DNA from: Seison nebaliae
Taxonomy: Eukaryota
NCBI GenBank assembly: GCA_023231475.1
Contig: JALJEE010002820.1
Location: 1 to 34,811 of the forward strand
DNA: 34,811 bases
Reading direction: 5' to 3'
Both the position numbers and the translations under genes were made by a program. Numbering within the stretch: the first letter of the stretch is position 1; every line of letters begins with the position of its first letter. The notes beneath the pieces are model-generated. The model made no database searches. It saw only the letters and a list, made by a program, of their open reading frames with translations, and was not told the DNA's origin. Positions 1 to 11,443 of this stretch are shown one piece after another.

Positions 1-311
1 CGAGACTCTGTAAATTTTGGAAAACAAAAATCCAGACATAACAATCCTATACAGCTGTGTAGCTATATATATATTTTATTATTATTTTATTAATAAATTT
101 CAGAAAATCAAAGTCTGCGTGGCTCTTATGTCCTAGACTCGTGTAGCATATCTCAATTACAATTTTTTCCCAATTTCAATCCAACTGATCTCACAACTCT
201 CAGTTTATGTGGTTAGTTAGTTTTAGTCATTAGTATTTATTTCTCGACAATTATTTTTTCAATTCTACATCATTGTAAAGGACAGAGCGAATGCTTCCAA
301 TCGTTTTCCTG

Positions 312-2208
312 TCATGTATTTTCTAAAAAAAGAAATGAAGTACTAACCAGTGAGTATCCCGAATACTTTCGATCTGCTTCATAAAATTGCTTTAGAGGTG
401 CACTAAATTTTATATTAGGACAATTCATAGAATTCCAACAGTTCATAATCTCATTCGTTGATAAATCATTCCTAGATTAATGATAATATTACATTTAATT
501 TTGATAATTGTGAAACTCAGATAAAAATTTCATAAATTCATCTTGACTATATTTTGAGACGCATTTTGAGAGAGCGGTATCCTTCGACTCGTAATACAGT
601 ATTACATTGCAAGGAAAGGCAACGGCACCTGAAAGTTTCTTTAAATTTTTAATATTTTTTTGCACAAATTCATAAATTTACAATAACTTCAGAATAAGTA
701 CATTGGATAACTATTTCCGTTTTCGGTTTAATGGAAAATTCGACATCATGATAATGATTGGATCGGATACGATTTTTTTCCTGAGTACTTACTTCGGTTG
801 TTTTTTTGCCATTAATCAGTGAAATAGAACCGCTAATATGAGGTTTCAATAAATATTGAGCTTTGAATATCTTAAGATCATCGTCTTTGATGTATTTCTA
901 ACAAAACAAAATTATAGTAATTTTGCCCACAAAAAAACCTGTGTTACTGCACTAGGACATATGTATTTTATCGTTTGTTCTTCGTCATTCATTCTAATGA
1001 ACGATCCTCGTAAATAAGAACCAATATGTAAGGACGATACCGTTTTTTTTTGCTGTAATTTATGATAAGTTATCTCGAATGTACTATTGTCGACGTAATC
1101 TGAGAATGATATGTATAAACAGAATTTGAAATGGATCTTCAACCTTCCTTCACATCGCCGTAAGTAGTTTGTATCATAATGTATTTGGATTTAATTTTGA
1201 AACCCGAATCCTTTGGAAAACTCAAGAGCTAAAGGCAAAGTCAACTCATTATAATTTCTTAGAAATTGAACTCTTTGGTTTCCTTTGTTCCAGTGTTGAA
1301 TAATAAAGTTAGTACATTCATTTAATATGTTTCCATCGATTCCACTACATCTTCCATTGGGTAAATTATGTTTTGAAACGAAGTTTATCCTAGACGAACA
1401 ACCGTACAATGTCATTTGTTCAATATATCTTCCTGCTGGCATTGCCACCAATCTGATGGCATGGTTAGTTGGAACGTCTCCCACAAGTACACAATTTTGG
1501 TCACCTGTCATGTCTGAATTAACTGATAACTAATATGAAGTTTATGAGAAGAAAAATAATCTTAAAAGAAATGAGCAACATCAGGATTCTTGTATTTTTT
1601 TTTGAATTCGTTTTCTTTCAATTGCGGTTGTGGCGGAGAATAGTATTCTAATAACTGAGTTTTTTTGTAGATTACATTTTCCCCCCTGTTAACCAAAAAC
1701 CTTGTATTGATTTTCCCACACTAAATAAATAAATTACGTTCACTATTAAAAGGATACAAACCAATAACGGAAGATCGTGATTACTGTCATTAGTAAAAAG
1801 TTTCCGTGTCATTTTAATAGTTATACCCGCGGATGACACATTCAAGAAAGTCATTCTCCAGTCATTCTGTTTATCTTCAGATTGTTCACCATCAAGAGAA
1901 TAGTAATCCTTTAATATAATTTAATTTTAGTTTAATATAAATTCGAATTAAAAAAAAACATAAGACGAATACAAATCATTTGTTGGTGAAAGTTTCTTCA
2001 GTTTTAGTACATCTTCATAATCCTTCTTATCTGTAAAGAAACCGAATTCAACCTCGTAATTTTTCGGAAATTCGAATTGTATTTTGATCTCATCTTCGAC
2101 AACATTTGAGGAAAATTTAAACTGCTTATCTTCAGATTCAACGTCTACCGCACGTAATTCAAAGAGTAATATCAAATGAATGATAATAGTTAGAAATTTC
2201 TTAAACAT
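312..2208 (-). CDS. DBH/MOXD1-like protein (signal peptide + DOMON + Cu2-monooxygenase N and C domains), ~510 aa, 9 exons; probable pseudoenzyme
   Basis: Exons 2208-1960, 1908-1762, 1720-1580, 1529-1272, 1228-1144, 1099-939, 897-688, 638-517, 471-312 join in frame across eight GTT..AG introns of 41-51 nt. DOMON-like DKQNDWRM...IKMTRKLFTNDSNHDLPL. Monooxygenase-like YIEQMTLYGC, YIMIQTTY..DYVDNSTFEITY, IKPKTEIVIQCTY and PCNVILYY..LSKCVS align with MOXD1 VHHILLYQC, YVLLEVHY..LIDNSGLRLFY, ILPGDNLITECRY and EMCLSYLLYY..LTRCAS. 3' end uncertain: an extra 25-nt intron 347-323 would end the CDS at 251. Confidence 0.8.
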
Positions 2209-2940
2209 TTTCTTCGCACTTGTTTTAATGAAGTTATGATTATAAATCAAATTTTACCGTTTACTTTATATCAATAGAGACTTTAAACAAATTGAAATTA
2301 TTTTACTCATTGACGATGTCGAACAAAACCTTATTATACTTATACGCATTATGCCTCACTGTTCCTTGAATAAATATCTATTGTCCGAATTATTTTATAA
2401 GGAGTGACACAATAAAATTTTAATCAATTTCTCATGATTTTCTAAGTGTTAATCAAATTGTATTGTTTTCTTGTTTTTGATGGAAACGGTCCATAAATCA
2501 TGGACTAGGACATTTTTTGCATTGTAATTATTCTTTAAACAATTTTAGTCATGTCTTTATCTTTTTTTAAAATGGTAATTACATTGATGATTGGGAAACT
2601 TCGAATACTAGAAAAATTATAATAGTTCGAATACTAAATGTAAAAGTTGTTGAATTTCATATTAATTATCCTATCTTCTTAACAGTTCGTTTTTTGCATC
2701 TAAAGCTATATAATACTGATTTTTCGATTAAATTTTTCGAAACCACATGACGTAAATTTTCAGATATGAACTATTACAATTCAATTGTTAAAAAGCAATG
2801 ATTGTATATCGAAAATATTACATTTGTCCTTGTTACTCCTGAGTGTTAGTTGATAGTTTCAAAGTCCGATTGTCCCATTTAACTCTCTCTCTATCAATTT
2901 GATAATAGATATTTGGAAAATAAAATTAGAAAAACTTTAT

Positions 2941-3012
2941 GGGCTTGGCCGGGGATTGAACCCGGGACCTCCCGCACCCTAAGCGGAAATCATACCACTA
3001 GACCACCAAGCC
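2941..3012 (-). tRNA. tRNA-Pro (anticodon AGG)
   Basis: Reverse complement GGCTTGGTGGTCTAGTGGTATGATTTCCGCTTAGGGTGCGGGAGGTCCCGGGTTCAATCCCCGGCCAAGCCC forms a cloverleaf with A box, GGTTCAA B box and anticodon loop TT-AGG-GT. Pol III terminator T5 at 2934-2930. Confidence 0.97.
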
Positions 3013-3394
3013 TGTAAATTAGGGGAAAATAGAAGTATTTAAGAAAAGATAATTGGAAATTTTTTAAAAAAGATAATTTGTCGGTACAAAATTTTTGGCA
3101 ATATAATCAATTTATTCTATACATCAATCAAGAAGCTTTTGAGGATATTTGTTAAAATTGATGTTTGTACTACAAACTTTGTAGCCATAGCCATAGCCAT
3201 ATAAACTAATCACGTAATGGTATGGCAATTTTCAAATAGTTCCGTTAAATATATTAACATGTTATGTTATTGCATGTTAGTTGATTGGTCTGAATAATGT
3301 GGTTGATATATATTTATATTATTATCTTAATATAATAATTAGTGTTAGGATAAATATATTATTATCTTAAGATAATAATATTATCTGATAAAAT

Positions 3395-3474
3395 CCCCTG
3401 TTGGCATTTGAACGTTTTTTTAACGTTTATATACATCAAAAAAACATTCTCAAGACGTTCAAATGCTTAAAGGG
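3395..3474. mobile_element. Small MITE-like inverted-repeat element
   Basis: Perfect 12-bp inverted repeat GCATTTGAACGT (3404-3415) / ACGTTCAAATGC (3455-3466) within CCC...GGG ends; no clear target-site duplication. Confidence 0.4.
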
Positions 3475-3927
3475 TCACTACTTCACATTAAATATCTACA
3501 GATAGATACCATACATATGATCATTGTATATCATTAGATACTATTCAGACTGTTAGAATTTCTCCCTACAATTTTTATTACTTATACGGTTAAGGATGGA
3601 AGAACAAATTATATCGACCATAAAGAGTATTTATACAATAATGTACACGAAGATCTCAGGAGATTGTAGAACAATTTGTTTATCTTCTATTTATTAGAAG
3701 ATATTTTAGATAAATAGAACCTATTTTATAGATATATATAAATATTATATATATAATGTATATATCAAAATTGGACAATAAATATAATATGATGTCATTC
3801 GATTTAAAATGTTCGTTTATCACAATAAAATTTTAAATTTTACCATATAATTGGTAATTTTTTATTCGTTCTAATATAATTTACTTCCTTCGTGGAAATA
3901 AAAATTGAAAAATGTGTTAAAATTCTT

Positions 3928-3999
3928 GGGCTTGGCCGGGGATTGAACCCGGGACCTCCCGCACCCTAAGCGGAAATCATACCACTAGACCACCAAGCC
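3928..3999 (-). tRNA. tRNA-Pro (anticodon AGG), second identical copy
   Basis: 72/72 nt identical to 2941-3012; T4 run on the minus strand at 3922-3919. Confidence 0.97.
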
Positions 4000-4290
4000 T
4001 GTACGGTCTATAAAAATAGAAATAATTGAGAAAAGGTTACAAGAATTTGTAAAACTTAAATAAATTTCGCATAATAAGATATAAAATAAATAAGTAATAT
4101 GGGAAACGTTTTGGAACAGGAATTGTTTGAGAAATTGGAATTAATATCCAAATAACGGATTTAATTTGTTAATTTTACGGTTATAAATATTTGAAAAAGA
4201 AGTAGCATCTTCTTCTTCTCTCACGGGAATTGAAAAAACTGTTACTTTTTTTGAAGACAAATCTGTACAAAAGTTGGTTCAAAATTAAAG

Positions 4291-6812
4291 TTACTTTGTC
4301 GAGTTGAAGGCAAAAGGATTTCGAGTGAAAAAAGTCGAAAGATCTGATGTAGCTGAAAGGATACTTCTAATGAATTGTCGATATACTTTCATGTAATACA
4401 TCGAATTGTTTGCGCATTTGCTGGAGATTGCGCTCTTCTTTTCTAGAATTTTGTCATTTATTCTCTTTGACGATTGTACGGGATTTAACCCTTTAATGAA
4501 ATATCCATTCACTTTAGCAGTTAGTTGAGATCCAGATCTTTTAACACCTTCCACAACATTTTTTAAAGACTCCATAATGGACTGATCCGTTCCTAATCTC
4601 TCTTTAATCCACAATTGTATTTGTTTAATAGCGGTAGCAATTTTACATTTTATTTGCTTGACGTATAATTTAACGTCGATCGATGATAGTCTGGTAACAC
4701 TATCCATTGACGGTAATTTGTTATAGATATTCATCGATGGTAATTTGTTATATATATCCATTGATGGCAATTTATTATAAATGTCCATCGACGGTAGTTT
4801 ATTATAGAATTGCATCGATGGTAATTTATTATAGATATCCATCGATGGTAATTTATTATAGAATTGCATTGACGGTAGTTTGTTATAAATATCCATCGAT
4901 GGTAATTTATTATAGAATTGCATTGACGGTAGTTTGTTATAAATATCCATCGATGGTAATTTGTTATAAATATCCATCGACGGTAGTTTATTATAGAATT
5001 GAATTGACGGTAGTTTATTATAGATATCCATCGATGGCAATTTGTTATAAATATCCATCGATGGCAATTTGTTATAGACATCCATCGACGGTAGTTTATT
5101 ATAGAATTGAATTGAAGGTAAAATATTGTAAATATCTTTTGGTTTTTCTCTTAATAAATTAAAAAAATTTTTTTTGGGAATTTTGTTATACATATCGATT
5201 GACGGTAATCTATCGCGAATAAAGTTTGGGACTAATTTTCCGTAATTGCCGATAAAGTACATTTTTGCACACTGGTAACGGTACTGCATATTTTGAATAA
5301 AATTGTTATACATTTCTCTTACTGATGGAAAGGTAGTGGGTTTTTGAACTTTTTCCGGTAGATTCGTTGACCACATATGTTGATAAGTATCATATAATCG
5401 ATTAGAATACTTCGTTAAAAAACTTTGTTCCATTTTTTTCTCTTCTTGTTCGACCGATGAGGAAAATCGTGGCATATAATCGTAAAGAGATTCGAAATAT
5501 GATTCTTCTAATTTGTCATCGGCAGAAATGGTGTTGGGAATGTTTTCCTTCGAAATAGTGAATGATGGAAATATATTAAAGAACTTATTATAAAAAATTC
5601 CATCATCTTCCGCTTCTTCTACCCTATATTCCTCAATTTTCCTTTCAGGTGTTTCGTGAGAATTGAAAAAGAATGCAGGAATGGCCCAATAATATAATCC
5701 GAATGTTTTTTCATTTTCTAATTCCTTCTTTTCATTCACCATCGTTTCATTCACTTCTTCAGATGATTCTTCGTTGGGTGTGGAGTTGTGTGAAAAAAAT
5801 TTTTTAAAGTCAGTCCAATAATTCTCCACCGGTTTCTCGACGTCTGTGATCGGTTTTTGAACGGTTCTTTTATGAAACTTGTCGATATCGATACTTTGTA
5901 CAACTTTCTTGATTTCTTCAGAGACCACCTTATTATGTTGGACAAAATTGTTGGAAGATTTAATGAAAAGATATCGTAATGCGAAGAAAGCGATGAGAAT
6001 TAAGACTAAAATGATGAAAATCGACATCAATCTGGTGACGATGTATGCCCTGGATTTATTACTATGACTAGCATTAATTTTGAAGAAAAATTTTTCATTC
6101 GATGAATCTTCTTCTGGTGGATAATTGGATACGTTGAGCGTCATATTTGTCGATTCGAAAATTGTTTGATAAAATAAAGCGATCTTTGAAAAAATTTTAT
6201 TCTCAAAATTCCCGCTCTCATAACCGATTTTTGATATTTCATAAAATATTTCTTCGATTAGAACGGCAAATAAGGCGAACGAGAATAATTGGACGAAATT
6301 GGAGAAGGAAAATTGGGATTTGTGTCTTCCATTCGATTGTGGCAGTTCAAACTGTTTGAGATTAATTGAACTTGGTGGTAGTTGAGTAGTAGTCGCAGAT
6401 TCTACCGGTGTGTTTCGTAAAATGCGGGAAAAGAAGAGTAGAATAAAAATAAAGTTGATGGAGAAAATGAGAAATATAGAATAAAAATTATCAGGGAAAA
6501 TTGGAAAGTTTCTTGTTTTACTTATCCGTTTGGCTGTTTCATTAAATTGTTTCTTTAACTTACCAAATTTCTTATGAGAATTTACGAAAAAATAACAGAT
6601 GGATGTAGCGATTGTGGCGAGAATCAGTTTCGTAATAAGTGAGTTGTTCACAGCTTAAAACAAAAAAAATTATTTGACACAGAAAGAATTGTTGAAGAAC
6701 CTTGAAATATCGACATCATATCGAAGTTAATCATATAGAGTCGACAACGTTCGATAACGTGGAATAGAATCAGCAAGGAGAAAAGATGTTTGAATTGAAT
6801 ATCGTTCGTCAT
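4291..6812 (-). CDS. Uncharacterised membrane protein (~4 N-terminal hydrophobic segments) with a 9-aa tandem repeat, ~820 aa
   Basis: 786-codon open frame 4291-6651 lacks an ATG start. A phase-1 GTT..AAG intron (6700-6654) joins it to an upstream exon starting at ATG 6812 (MTNDIQFKHLF...). No family recognised. Confidence 0.7.
4699..5130 (-). repeat. 27-bp coding minisatellite, 16 units encoding YNKLPS(M/I)(D/Q)(I/F)
   Basis: Direct reading of the ORF: one YNILPSIQF unit plus 15 YNKLPSxxx units, with degenerate units on both sides. Confidence 0.95.
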
Positions 6813-8040
6813 TGTCCTCCTTTGTCATTAACGAAGAAGAAAGAAATAGCCTGAAGATGAGGGGGAGAAGAGAATTACACAAGTAAAACGAATATTGACC
6901 GGACTTCTCTTTCTCAATACTTCCTCCCAATTACTAAAATGAAGAAGAGAAAGATAAATACTTTACATAGGAAGGAACATTTATCCGTCCCTCATACCAG
7001 ATATGATCAATTGTTAATAAATTGTTTAACATATTATCTATGATCCCAATTGAAATGGGAGAACTATAAATTTATATTTAATCATCATTTAACAGTCATT
7101 TACTTGAAACATTGATCGCTAATCATGGTTCATTATAAACATGTCAGAAGAAGACGAAACATGGAAGTGTTTGGATGAATTGGATGAGAGATGATGGACA
7201 AATTCTTGATTGTTCTCAATCATCAGGTAAGAAGCAGCAACACGAGAATCATAGAGAAATGAACGCGATGTAATATTGTCTGTTCTTTTCACAGTTACGA
7301 TAATATAAAAAATAAAATCACAAAAATATGAGTAGTTATTTCTCCTTCCTACCAAACACAACCGATACGGAGGAAAGGAGAAGTAATAATTTATATTCCG
7401 AGGTCAAATACAGAGAAAATGTAAGTAGCTACCAATCGGAATGATGTATCGAATTTTTTTACATATTTCAATTATATAGTTTTTTATATTAAAATTATAT
7501 TATTTCTCCCCGTAGTAACAAACTTGAACGGAAAGACGAACAACAATTCATTTTCGTTACTTGTTAGAACTATAACGAATCGACTCATTTATTCGACTTT
7601 CTCCAAATAAATCTAATAGACATTGAAAGATGCATATTTTCAAATTTAGTTTCGACGACCCAATTCTTTAACAATTTAACATGAATTCTTGTTAATTGTT
7701 AATTTCAATAGTAATTTTATTTAAAATTAATTTTTAAAATTTAGATGTCTTTATCCAAAATGAATTGTTTGCAATATTCCTCTGAAAGAAATTTATTTCT
7801 CAAAGATAATTTTAATAATCAATAATATTCATTTCTTACTGAAAAATTTTAATTTAATTTTCTTAATTTAATTAATAACGGTAACAACCGAGATTGCGGA
7901 GATATGACGACGCTAGCAATTTGATTGTTGAATTGTCTTCGGTTTGAGACGATAATTGAGTTAAAAGTTTATTCTCTTTAATGATATTGCCATGAGAAAC
8001 GCTGAAGATTTTTTTTCTAATTTCATTCGGATTGTGAGGA

Positions 8041-8484
8041 ATGGAGAATTTAGAAGCGGAGAATTATGAACATCGACAATTCCAAAAGAAGAAAACGGAA
8101 ATATTGAGGAATATGACGGCAGCTGATTTGGATGATTTAGAGAATCCGGATATTCCTATCGCATATTTTTGGACAGTTGAAGATGTGGGACGTTTTATGG
8201 CTGATCTCGATCTAGCTCAATATATTCCTGCCTTTAAACTCAATTCCATTGATGGGAAGAAACTTATAAATATTTCTGCGTCCACTTTGCCACATATGGG
8301 AATTCAGGATTTCTTTCATATGAAACGAATAACAGCTGCCATCCGTTCTGCTATGAGAATCAGCAACCCAAATACATTCAAGTCGGTCGCAGATGAAAAG
8401 TTGAGTTTATATGAACAATATTTATATTACAAATCGAAAACGGGAATTGAACGTGATCGAACTCCATATTCGAACTTCTTGTAA
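8041..8484 (+). CDS. SAMD15: Sterile alpha motif domain-containing protein 15-like
   Basis: SAM motif WTVEDVGRFM..LAQYIPAF..NSIDGKKLI..STLPHMGIQDFFHMKRI, plus a tail YLYYKSKTG matching SAMD15 YLEQKGHTG. Intronless. Confidence 0.75.
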   Translation: MENLEAENYEHRQFQKKKTEILRNMTAADLDDLENPDIPIAYFWTVEDVGRFMADLDLAQYIPAFKLNSIDGKKLINISASTLPHMGIQDFFHMKRITAAIRSAMRISNPNTFKSVADEKLSLYEQYLYYKSKTGIERDRTPYSNFL

Positions 8485-8949
8485 CGATTATCTTAATTTC
8501 AGTCATAAATGAATATCAAAATGCATTTTCGAAGTTTCTTTCAAGTTAGTTTGAAGTTTAAAATCAAAATGAGGTTTAAAAGTATCTGATAAGCTATATA
8601 CGTTTTTTGTTCGATGACTTTTGAGTAGGCCTGTATATATTTATTATAAAATCAATTATCAATATGAGAAGAAATATCGAAATTAGAAGTAATATGAACA
8701 GCTTCATCAAAGAATAAGTAAGTTCAGTGAAATGATAAAAGAAAAAAATATTGAAAAAAAAAATGAAAAAATAAAAATGAAAAAAGTTTCAATTCGCCGA
8801 TGGAAAAATAAATATTCTATTGAATAATTCACAACCTAGAAGCATCATAAGGACTTAAGTCCTGGCAAGGACTTATGACTGTAAAAGAAAGAAACGGCTA
8901 GTTCATAAAAATCACAACAATAAGTGACGAATAACTTTAACTTCAATTG

Positions 8950-10080
8950 AATCAAAAAATAAGTGCAACGATGATGAAACGCATAAAAACATCTAAAGAA
9001 CTCACATCTAATTTCGACAGTCGTAGCAAAAGTCTTCTTATTATCAAGTTTTATTTCCAGAGATATTCTTCTCCACTAATTTTCTCATATTACCGTCGAT
9101 GGACGGAAGAGAAATGTTAGTAAAGATTTAAGATTTATCTTGATGTTACTATCTTACCGATAACAAAAAATTTCAATTTGTTCTACATTGTATCGAATTA
9201 TTGCAACAAATGAGAATATCATCTGCATAAGGAAAGACTGATGGGGAAATTACAAGTAATTACAAGTAACAACATAGTATTTTCATAAGTAAGAAATTTG
9301 TTAATCATTCTTCCAAAGATCCGAGGAACCAATATTGAATGTTGCCCGACTTCTTTATTAATTTTGAAGAGCGATGAAAATAAAGACTTTAGATTAGCAA
9401 TACCATAAGCATTGGTGAAAAGTAAGGAATAAATTCATCCATTCTAAATTTATGTCACATTCATTTTCTATGGTCCATCGAATTAAAAACTTTGGAAGTG
9501 TGCAAAGAATAAAAGAGACACTTGCTTTCTGACACTCGACATTACGAAATAAAGAATTTAAGAACAATAAGAAAAAGTAGCATTCTTCTGTAAGTATTAC
9601 GATATGTGAAAATTGAAGAACAAGATTATACAATTGTGTTGGAAAACTATTTTTTATAACTTGTTCAATATAATAAGTATGGATTTGGTGTTATTGGTAT
9701 GGAAAGTGATCTAAAAGAAGATTTATTTACTCTACCGAGAAGAATTTCATTCATGTAATCAGTTAGTAGACCTAATGAACTATGTTTCAGATTAGAGATT
9801 ATACATAAAAACCATCTTCATCATGTGAATAATTAACATTCATATATGACATTGCAATCCATAATTCTCCAACAGTAACTAACAAAAGAGAAAAGAACAA
9901 GTTCCAACATCAATTGGACAATGAATTAAATTCGGTGTTATCATTTCAGTTTTGAGGTAACGAATTTCATGAAAGCTCGAAATCATCCAATTCTTATGAT
10001 TTCTCTGCCAATTTTTGATCTGCCCAGTTATATGATGATCGTTAAAGTTTCCGTTTAATATTTAACAAGCTGTTTTCCAT
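8950..10080 (-). mobile_element. Degenerate non-LTR retrotransposon (LINE) relic with APE endonuclease and reverse transcriptase fragments
   Basis: Minus-strand fragments in the expected order: ILNGNFNDHH (APE GDFNAHH-like, ~10060-10030), IHCPI (SDHxPI-like), SFRSLSI (YRPISL-like), SLFKINKEVGQHSILVPRIFGRMIN (GVxQGSxLxPxLF-like) and FPYADDILI (YADD at 9229-9218). Many stops and frameshifts; boundaries approximate. Confidence 0.7.
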
Positions 10081-11443
10081 AAAGACTAATCAATCATTTT
10101 TTTCTACCATGTAAGTTTTGAGTAGTTGTTGTTTAAAATTTTTGCTATTAAAAAAATCGTCGTATAAAAAAAAATGATCTGATAAGAATCATTATATGTC
10201 GATTTTTTCATTTTTGTCTATTTATTCAAAGAGAACTTCATTTTAATAAATCCATTCATTTTATTCAACTTATACGAAATTATAACAATAGATTTAAGAT
10301 GCTCTCTAAAATCTAAACGTTTCCTGATTTTATAAGTTTAATATATAAATAATTCTCAAATTAGAAATTATTCAAATTACAACCTTCAAAGTTTGAAGAG
10401 TTTGGTTTGAAGTTCAAACCTTATGTAATAAGGGAAATCTTAATCATTGGGAATTTTTGGACTAAAACCGTAATCAAACGAGTCCATCAGTTCTATGTAT
10501 TTATTGAATTTTGTTAATAAATTTTTTTCAGATTTTAAACAATGATGGTATGATGTTCAATATTTGGAAACTAATTAAGATTATATGTGCATTTTATAAG
10601 CTATTCTGCATAATTTTTTTTCATTCGCAAAAAATAAATTGCATATTTTGCTCCAATTTATTTTTAACATATTGTGTAATTTTCCAACTTATGTAGATGA
10701 AATAGGGACGAGATATTCCCTTGTAGTAGTTCATTGATCTGATAATTGTATTAATAAAGGGAAAATGAAAAAACTATATTTTTTATAACAAATTTTGAGG
10801 TCAACAGAGCATTTTCAATTTTAACGTCAATATCTAATGATGTAATAACGATATACTTTTAAAACAAAAAATCGACAGTATATAATAACTTTTAAGAAAA
10901 GAAGTTTGCTTTAAATTTTCAAAATAAACTTTTTCGATTAAAATATAGTTATTTGAGGGAGTAGAAACCTTCTTTACAGAATGAGTCCTGTCTGAATGTT
11001 TTTAATGAGTCTTTAGTATTCACTTCATGTGCCTTCTGTTTTTTCGTGGGGTGAAAGTGAGAATATGTTAAAGAAGAATAATTTGAAATGATGAAATTGT
11101 CCTTAAAGATTTCACATCAAATCATATCTCCACTCTTTCTTCTTAAATAACAATTCAGATTGTGAAACTAAGTGCTTTTGGAAGTGAATATTTGATTTGT
11201 GCTTTTCTCTTTTCATAAGACCAACAAGTAGAATTGCTATCATTGCTCTTATTATGTTTGTCGAGACTTCTTGAAAGAAATGTGACATTTGACGATTAAA
11301 CGATAATTGAAAGAAGACAACTGATATAATAGAATATCTTCATTGCTTTTCGCGAATAAAATCAATTCTACAATTAATTTCTTTTCCTTATTTTTTTTTC
11401 TCAATTAGTCAGTAGAAGAGAGCAATCAAATAATTTTCATAAA

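Noticed and set aside
4699..5130. CRISPR-like array
   Set aside because: Contiguous 27-bp units without unique spacers, in frame within a eukaryotic ORF; no cas genes.
4707..5162. ORFs 4707-5162 (+) and 4731-5081 (-)
   Set aside because: Shadow frames created by the 27-bp repeat.
6727..7361. ORFs 6727-6930 and 7119-7361 as genes
   Set aside because: No ATG start, no recognisable motifs, and trial splicing hits stops; more likely 5' UTR or intergenic.
9218..9229. Telomerase or an intact domesticated RT gene
   Set aside because: Stops and frameshifts are not removable by introns, and APE-like motifs upstream point to a dead LINE.
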